Shown: positions 58,184-64,000 of the stretch, one piece after another
How the letters are laid out: the number at the start of each line of letters is the position of its first letter
Position numbering within the stretch: the first letter of the stretch is position 1
Source of the DNA: a virus
DNA: 64,000 nucleotides
Direction: 5' to 3' (one strand)
Virus record (IMG/VR): IMGVR_UViG_3300034198_017889
Coordinates: 39,845 to 103,844 of that record
The notes under the pieces: generated by a model
What the model was told of the DNA's origin: nothing
Seen by the model: the letters and a program-made list of their open reading frames with translations, nothing else
The model's database searches: none
Position numbers and translations under genes: made by a program

Positions 58184-58772
58184 GCTAAAGAAAATCGGTA
58201 TCGCGGGTGCGGGTGGAATTGGATCTAATCTCCTAGCCATCCTTTTTGACTACGGGTTCAATCGTAAACAGTTCGACTATTCGAGCGTTGACGTTGATAT
58301 CTATGATGATGACGTTATCGACACTAGTAACTTACTCCATCAGAACTACAAGATTGATGATGTGGGTAAGCCTAAGGTTGAGGTTATGGAGGATCGCTAT
58401 GTTGTAAAGGGCATTAATAAGTTCATGGAGGAGAAAGACTTCAAGAAATATGATGTTATTTTCAGCTGTGTGGACAGTATGGAGTTTCGTAGAACACTAT
58501 ATAATTGGGGATTCAGTAACCCGGGAAAAGCATTCTGGATTGATGGACGTTGCACTAGCCGCCAAGGTGGTTTGTTCAATTCTGATCTTCCTGAGGATGA
58601 GCTTAAGAAGTACATCACGGATGATAACATTCGTGGTGGTTGCTTGCTAAAGTATGAGAAGGAACAAAACATCAGCCACACACTTCCAACGGTTGTTGCA
58701 GGTATGATGGTTCAGGTGTTCTTGAACTTCCTACGCGGAGAAAAAACAGACAAGAAACTATTCATGATCTAA
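58176..58772 (+). CDS. E1/ThiF-family adenylating enzyme
   Basis: GAGGIGS, YDDDVIDTSNLLHQ, DVGKPKV, CVD...R, WIDGR, candidate catalytic Cys in RGGCL; no CxxC pairs. Confidence 0.9.
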   Translation: MTKLKKIGIAGAGGIGSNLLAILFDYGFNRKQFDYSSVDVDIYDDDVIDTSNLLHQNYKIDDVGKPKVEVMEDRYVVKGINKFMEEKDFKKYDVIFSCVDSMEFRRTLYNWGFSNPGKAFWIDGRCTSRQGGLFNSDLPEDELKKYITDDNIRGGCLLKYEKEQNISHTLPTVVAGMMVQVFLNFLRGEKTDKKLFMI

Positions 58773-58776
58773 AAAT

Positions 58777-59226
58777 ATGGGTTATACACAATACTGGAGA
58801 CAAACTAGAGATTTCACTGATACTGAGTGGCTTGACCTATGCGGTGAGGCCTTCAGAATTATTGATCTGGCTAAGGAGCTGGGTGTGGATGTGGCAGGTC
58901 CACATGGAGAAGATGAGCCAGAGATAAACATCAGTAAGATATGGCTCAATGGTAGAGCTCCAGACGGTAACTGTGAGACATTTGGATTAAACAAAAATAA
59001 GAGAGAGTTGGGAGAGTGGGAAACACCGGACCCTAAGGGTGTGTTTGATTTCTGTAAAACCAGAAGAAGACCCTACGACAAGGTGGTTGTATCCATACTA
59101 CACGCTGTTGAGAAGATTGCACCTGGTGTGATTATTCCTAGTAGTGATGGAGGACTGGAAGCCATTCGCCCAGCTATTGACGAGTTGAGTGCTGAATTGA
59201 AAAATGAACTACAGTCAGAACAATAA
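58777..59226 (+). CDS. Conserved phage hypothetical (MGYTxYW...FCKT..PYD)
   Basis: Motifs MGYTQYW, ETF, FCKTRRRPYD, SSDG. Confidence 0.75.
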   Translation: MGYTQYWRQTRDFTDTEWLDLCGEAFRIIDLAKELGVDVAGPHGEDEPEINISKIWLNGRAPDGNCETFGLNKNKRELGEWETPDPKGVFDFCKTRRRPYDKVVVSILHAVEKIAPGVIIPSSDGGLEAIRPAIDELSAELKNELQSEQ

Positions 59227-59512
59227 GCAGATTATTGAGAAAAAGCTTATGGGGTGCCTTGACAAGATATGCAGGGCGCTCCATATTCACATTGATGAGT
59301 GGGACGTTGACGAAAAACTTGCTGAAGCTATCTCTAATGAGTGGAATAAAATTTCACCTGAAAATGGAGATAGACTCGGAAAGCTTGTTGACAACTACGA
59401 TAACCTGCATAAGGTTGCAGGTGCATTGAAAACCGAACTTGAAGAAAAGTACTTCTTGTTCACAAACCTAAACGAACTAACCAACATAAACGACACATAT
59501 GGCAATCATTAA
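59204..59512 (+). CDS. Hypothetical protein
   Basis: Overlapping ORF. Confidence 0.6.
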   Translation: MNYSQNNKQIIEKKLMGCLDKICRALHIHIDEWDVDEKLAEAISNEWNKISPENGDRLGKLVDNYDNLHKVAGALKTELEEKYFLFTNLNELTNINDTYGNH

Positions 59513-60536
59513 AGCAAGTTTGAAATTCGAGGGAGCCGAAACAGGCCAAACCTCAAACGCAACCCCATACATCAAGGAGAATGTTCGGAAGATGTTGTTC
59601 AACAAGAGCAACAACCAACAGGGAGCATATCTCTACTTCTTGCCGGCTTATAAGGCTGACGCATTTGGTAATGGTGTGTGGTATAAAGCCTTTGAGATCC
59701 GAGACAACTTCGGAGACAAGTACAAGGAGAAGTATTTTGTGGCTAATCGTGAAGATGATCCAGCGGATTACTTTGCACGTAACTACAAGATGCTCTATAG
59801 TGAGGATCTACTCGCAGAGAGTGGAACGGTAAATAACAACGGCAAGCAGTTTAAGAAGTACCCTAACTTTGGTCGTGTAACCAAGCGTCAGATCTTCAAC
59901 GTGGCCTACGCTAACAACCTGGGTGTAGGTGTTCATGTTCTTGATATTCCTAGCTACAATGGAGCAAGTCAGCTTCATGAGTGGCAGAATGGAAAAGACA
60001 TCTCAGGAAGTCCTCGCGGTCTTATCACAGATCCAGAGCGTGCTCTTCCTGTGTTCGTACAGCTTAAGGATAACAGCGCAAACCCTTGGTATCTGAACGT
60101 TGAGGCAACTCAGCCAGTAATCCTACCAGAGGCGTTAGTTGACTCTGACAACCTCTATAATCTTGACGACATCCTCGTTATCAAGCCAAAGGAAGACATC
60201 ATTGCGAAGCTTCGTGATATGTACTCCTCTAGTGTGTTCGAGGATTGCATGAATGGTTATCCTGGTTTGCGTGGAAGCGTAAAGGTTCCAGGTATTGAGC
60301 GTATCTCGGGAGGTACACCTCAGCATCTCCAGCCAAAGCCAGCAATTCAGCCAGCCACTGTGGTTCAGAAAGCACAACCAGTGGGTGTTCCGATCAATAC
60401 GTCACTACCAGTAGCTAGACCAGCTGCGGAGGCAGTTGATGCGTTTATCGACCCTTCTGAGTTGCCACCTAACCCAATGGCACGTATGAGCGGTAGCATC
60501 TCCAAGGAAGAAGCCATGAACTTCTTAGCAAAATAA
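59499..60536 (+). CDS. Putative ssDNA-binding protein (gp32-like)
   Basis: FLP, DP, FNV and ITDP motifs, low-complexity tail, immediately upstream of RecA. Confidence 0.5.
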   Translation: MAIIKASLKFEGAETGQTSNATPYIKENVRKMLFNKSNNQQGAYLYFLPAYKADAFGNGVWYKAFEIRDNFGDKYKEKYFVANREDDPADYFARNYKMLYSEDLLAESGTVNNNGKQFKKYPNFGRVTKRQIFNVAYANNLGVGVHVLDIPSYNGASQLHEWQNGKDISGSPRGLITDPERALPVFVQLKDNSANPWYLNVEATQPVILPEALVDSDNLYNLDDILVIKPKEDIIAKLRDMYSSSVFEDCMNGYPGLRGSVKVPGIERISGGTPQHLQPKPAIQPATVVQKAQPVGVPINTSLPVARPAAEAVDAFIDPSELPPNPMARMSGSISKEEAMNFLAK

Positions 60537-60539
60537 TCC

Positions 60540-61733
60540 ATGGATTTTAACGCTTACATAAACGGAGTAAAAAAAGACTTTAAGAAGTCTTTCAAGGAGG
60601 AGTCAGCAGACCTAGAACTGAATACAGTTGATAAGGAGCTGCCTCCTACCGGTATCGTATTAGATAATCCGCTTATGGAGTACATCTTCGACCGTAGGTT
60701 TGTAGCCTACGGTCGTTGCTACTTGCTATACGGAAATAAAGGCTGTGCAAAAACATCCTTCCTTTTCGAGCTAGCTAAAGTATTCCAAAAAGCTGGTGGT
60801 CACTTCATATGGGTTGAGACTGAGAATGCTCCAGACTTTTCATTCATGGAGCGTCAAGGTGTAGATCCAACAAAGGTAACCTACCATAATCCTAAGTCGC
60901 TAGAGGAAGCTCTTACACTGATTAAGACACTAATCGAGAACATTCCTAAGTTTGATCCTGATGGCGAGATGCCACTCATGATTGCCTTGGATTCTATCGC
61001 AGGTGCAGCTAGTGAATATGAGCGTGATCAGGACATCATTGGCCAGACCAAGGTGGGTGAACATGCAAAACTCATGAGCGGATTCTACCGTAACATCATT
61101 CCTTATCTAGAGAGTGAGAAAGCCGTCCTAGTGGTGACTAATCAGTTGAAAGAGCAGATTGGTGGTATGACTGGGTTCGGCATGGAGAAGCCAGAAGCAC
61201 TCATCGGTGGAACAGCTCAGCGTTTCAACTCAACATACCAATTCAAGGTTGCCCGTACAAAGGACATCCTGAATGAGGATCATATGGGAGTTAAGCGTAA
61301 AGCTGGATCAACACATTCACTCACGGTAAAACGCAATAAACTCGGGCGTGAAGGTAACAGCCAAAAGGTTGAGTTTGATCTATACATCAATGGAGGTATT
61401 GATTGGTATTCCCCTCTTGTTAAGAGACTTGGGGAGGAATACACCTCACTAGTAGGCAAAACAGGTGGTTGGTATACTTGGAAAACCCCAGGTGTGACTG
61501 CAACTGTTATTGTTGATGGTGAGTCACAAATTGTTGATATTGATACCGAAAAGAAATACCGTGATGTAGATCTTGGAGGATTAATCTGTAATAGCCCCGC
61601 AGCAAAGGAAATCATCCGGGAGGCATTCGGAATACCTGTAATGCCTGACGCTCAAACAACACAGGCAATCGAAGCGAAGAACAAAGTTCGTCGTAAGAAA
61701 AAGTCTGATTTGGCGCTAGACCTAGAAGAATAG
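60540..61733 (+). CDS. recA: RecA/UvsX-like recombinase
   Basis: YGNKGCAKT, ETENA, LDSIA, TNQLK, GG.A..F, RNKLG, GGWY. Confidence 0.88.
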   Translation: MDFNAYINGVKKDFKKSFKEESADLELNTVDKELPPTGIVLDNPLMEYIFDRRFVAYGRCYLLYGNKGCAKTSFLFELAKVFQKAGGHFIWVETENAPDFSFMERQGVDPTKVTYHNPKSLEEALTLIKTLIENIPKFDPDGEMPLMIALDSIAGAASEYERDQDIIGQTKVGEHAKLMSGFYRNIIPYLESEKAVLVVTNQLKEQIGGMTGFGMEKPEALIGGTAQRFNSTYQFKVARTKDILNEDHMGVKRKAGSTHSLTVKRNKLGREGNSQKVEFDLYINGGIDWYSPLVKRLGEEYTSLVGKTGGWYTWKTPGVTATVIVDGESQIVDIDTEKKYRDVDLGGLICNSPAAKEIIREAFGIPVMPDAQTTQAIEAKNKVRRKKKSDLALDLEE

Positions 61734-61734
61734 A

Positions 61735-61920
61735 ATGACTGAGTATTTGGATAAACTGAATAAAGTGGCCGCGCTAATCAAGAAAATGGATTTGCCTGAC
61801 TACCGTAAATCAGTTAAACATAATGACGACCTACGTTGGCTAAAAAATAATCTAAGTGTAAAGAATGCTAAGCACAAGAATTACGCAGAGGTTATGAATA
61901 TAGTCAACGAGACAGTCTAA
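61735..61920 (+). CDS. Hypothetical protein
   Basis: MDLPxYR...WLxxNL motif. Confidence 0.6.
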   Translation: MTEYLDKLNKVAALIKKMDLPDYRKSVKHNDDLRWLKNNLSVKNAKHKNYAEVMNIVNETV

Positions 61921-61930
61921 ATTACTAACG

Positions 61931-62437
61931 ATGATATACATAGGAATTGATAACGGAACCACCTCTAACGGAATAGGCGTTGTATCTACAACCGGTGAAA
62001 GCTGGCTGTATAAAACACCTGTTAAGAAAGAGCCGAGCTATACCAAGGTAGCAAAGAATATTTCACGAATAGACCACCCCAAGCTATTAGAAATATTCAC
62101 CGAAATCAGCAACAACGCAAAAAACAAAGGAGTAGGGATGCTTGCTGGTATGGAGAGACCTATGGTCAATCCAGGCAGATTCTTTGCTTCTATGAGTGCT
62201 ATGCGTGCTGTTGAAGCTACCTTGATAGCCCTGGAGGCGTTAGAGATACCCTATGTATATCTGGATAGTAAAGAGTGGCAGCATGTAATACTGCCCAAAG
62301 GGACAGAGAAAGAAGAACTAAAAAAAAGTAGCCTTGCGGTAGGAAAGCGGTTATTCCCTAAGCTCCCCTTAAAGGTGGACGCAGATGGAATGCTTATTGC
62401 TGAATACCTCAGAGTTAAAAACACACGTACACTATGA
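61931..62437 (+). CDS. RuvC-like Holliday junction resolvase
   Basis: YIGIDNG, ERP, WQ, DADGMLIAEY. Confidence 0.8.
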   Translation: MIYIGIDNGTTSNGIGVVSTTGESWLYKTPVKKEPSYTKVAKNISRIDHPKLLEIFTEISNNAKNKGVGMLAGMERPMVNPGRFFASMSAMRAVEATLIALEALEIPYVYLDSKEWQHVILPKGTEKEELKKSSLAVGKRLFPKLPLKVDADGMLIAEYLRVKNTRTL

Positions 62438-62751
62438 AACTAAAAAACAAAAAAGCAGAGATCGGTAATGGTTGTAATTCAAGTCTCATGGGTATTCTCA
62501 TGGATATGGTTCACACAGGTGAGGTTGAGAAGACCCCCGCTGGTAAGTTCAAGCTTGCGGCAGGAGGTAAGAAGACCAAGAGCACAAAGCTAGCTCGTGT
62601 TGAGACTGCTAGTGAGCGAGGAAGCCGTATTGCCCGTCTGGCAGTTATGAGCCGTAAGCATAACAAGGCTCAGCGAGAGATCGAAAAGCTTAAGACTGAG
62701 TTAAAGGCCTCAAAGGACGCCTTTAACATCTTCAAGAAAGCAGCTAAGTAA
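62434..62751 (+). CDS. Hypothetical basic coiled-coil protein
   Basis: ATGA overlap. Confidence 0.6.
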   Translation: MKLKNKKAEIGNGCNSSLMGILMDMVHTGEVEKTPAGKFKLAAGGKKTKSTKLARVETASERGSRIARLAVMSRKHNKAQREIEKLKTELKASKDAFNIFKKAAK

Positions 62752-62760
62752 TTAATATGT

Positions 62761-62799
62761 TAGCCCGGCTAGCTACATATAAAACAGTTGGCCGGGCTA
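62761..62799 (+). terminator. Long hairpin (terminator or processing site)
   Basis: TAGCCCGGCTAGCT/AGTTGGCCGGGCTA. Confidence 0.55.
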
Positions 62800-62814
62800 T
62801 CTGCCAACTAAATA

Positions 62815-63567
62815 ATGAATCACACACAACTAAACTTCCTGGGAAATTATCTCGACAATAAAAACAACACACAACTAGAACTATTCACAAAAGAACTCGA
62901 ACCAGCAAGTATCTCAAGAAGACCTAAGTACGACACAGTAGAAAAATTCTTCTGCGGTGTGGAAAAAGGAACAGTAGAGAGGTACAGAGAATACTGGGCG
63001 AGTGTAGAGCCAAAAGACGAATCCTCAAGATTCCAACGTTGGCTCTTTGCATTTATGAGTGTTCACACTAGCTGGAAATCAAACTTAGCAGGGTATAACT
63101 CAATTAAAAACTGGTGGGATTGGTTCAAAGATCACGATAAGCTTGTGGGGCTCATACAGGGCTCTGGAGTAGGTTTACATAATAACCGCGCTAAGTTCAT
63201 ATCAAAGTTCACAAACGACTTCTGGAGCGATCCTGATGCGTTTGAGAAGGAAGAGGATGAGACTTGGGTAACCTTTCGTGACAGACTGGTAAAAAGAGTA
63301 CTAGGGCTGGGTCCTGCAAAAACAAGTTTCTCTCTAGAGATGTGCTTTCCTAACGAAGCATTTGTTACTTGCTTGGACACTCACCTCTTTCAGGTGTATG
63401 GATTGGATCAGTCAAAAGATCTACGCCAATACGGAAAGATTGAAGAGCACTGGTTAGACATGAGTCGTATGTGGAATATTCCTCCATACATCGCTAGGTG
63501 TATCTACTGGGATAGGAAGCAAGGAAAAGAAGACAGCCGTTATTGGAGCTATGTACTCGAAGCCTGA
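62815..63567 (+). CDS. HhH-superfamily DNA glycosylase (OGG2/EndoIII-like)
   Basis: GLHNNRAKFI, RDRLV...GLGPAKTSF, CLDTH, Y..IE. Confidence 0.75.
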   Translation: MNHTQLNFLGNYLDNKNNTQLELFTKELEPASISRRPKYDTVEKFFCGVEKGTVERYREYWASVEPKDESSRFQRWLFAFMSVHTSWKSNLAGYNSIKNWWDWFKDHDKLVGLIQGSGVGLHNNRAKFISKFTNDFWSDPDAFEKEEDETWVTFRDRLVKRVLGLGPAKTSFSLEMCFPNEAFVTCLDTHLFQVYGLDQSKDLRQYGKIEEHWLDMSRMWNIPPYIARCIYWDRKQGKEDSRYWSYVLEA

Positions 63568-63928
63568 ACAGATAAGAGTATATCGTAACCTTACGAAAAA
63601 GACATTCAGCTATCAGAAGAAAACCGCAAAAGGTTGGAGAGTAGCTGGTTGGAGTGATGAGATAGTATTAAAGAACGCAACCTTCCGCGTTAGCGAGGCA
63701 GGAAGAGCTCGAGTCATTCGCGAGAAAAGAAAGAATGTGCATGCCTACATCACAGGCGATCTAAATTACGTCCGTGGCTTGACGAAAAAAACGCCGCAAT
63801 TAAAGAATTTCAAAACACAACTTTACTATAATCCTTATAAAACAAAGACATTTATGAACACATTAACTAACAAAACTATACACAGTGCAGACTCCGTCAT
63901 GGTAAACCTAGAGGGAATCTGGATCTAA
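63551..63928 (+). CDS. Conserved phage hypothetical (YRNL...RKNVHA)
   Basis: VYRNL, VSEAGRARVIREKRKNVHA, YNPY. Confidence 0.8.
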   Translation: MYSKPEQIRVYRNLTKKTFSYQKKTAKGWRVAGWSDEIVLKNATFRVSEAGRARVIREKRKNVHAYITGDLNYVRGLTKKTPQLKNFKTQLYYNPYKTKTFMNTLTNKTIHSADSVMVNLEGIWI

Positions 63929-63936
63929 AGATCACC

Positions 63937-64000
63937 GGGTGGATAGCTCAATGGTAGAGCAGTACCCTTTTAAGGTATTGGTTCTGGGTTCGAGTCCCAG
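63937..64000 (+). tRNA. tRNA-Lys(UUU), truncated by window end
   Basis: GCTC/GAGC D stem; GTACC-CT-TTT-AA-GGTAT; CTGGG-TTCGAGT-CCCAG. Confidence 0.92.

Noticed and set aside
58176-58772. E1 as a thiamine/Moco biosynthesis ThiF/MoeB
   Set aside because: Lacks CxxC pairs and has no sulfur-relay neighbours; cannot be fully excluded without the rest of the genome.
1-64000. Stop-codon reassignment or a cellular/prophage origin
   Set aside because: Long ORFs are intact in the standard code with all three stops used, and no suppressor tRNA, integrase or housekeeping operon is seen.

Overview
A 64-kb segment of a large (jumbo-type) tailed dsDNA bacteriophage in the standard genetic code, almost entirely + strand. 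1-21.5 kb is a baseplate/tail module, including a 3,882-aa Ig-repeat fibre and five paralogous proteins with shared motifs. 21.5-32 kb holds small hypothetical genes interleaved with a tmRNA, tRNA-Ser/Val/fMet, a degenerate tRNA and at least ten unassigned structured RNA elements. 32-40 kb has an AAA ATPase, a GpA-type large terminase (- strand), an AT-hook protein and a Ycf46/DUF3150/DUF1257/DUF2997 module. 40-64 kb is the replication/recombination operon: SbcCD, SF2 helicase, primase, DnaB, a UDG-fused divergent PolA, exonuclease, RecA, RuvC-like resolvase, HhH glycosylase and tRNA-Lys. The top finding is a candidate phage-encoded ubiquitin-like conjugation system inside the replication operon: a Ubl ending LVGG-SK, a JAB/JAMM peptidase, a stand-alone E1, and a large co-located protein that may act as E2 or substrate. 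Other highlights are the dense ncRNA archipelago around the tmRNA, a 31-aa tmRNA tag, a protein with 15 KxA motifs, and a repeated C7-N20-GGTATAATA promoter. Host is tentatively PVC-group (Verrucomicrobia/Planctomycetes); this is inference only. All family assignments are by eye from motifs; no searches were run.
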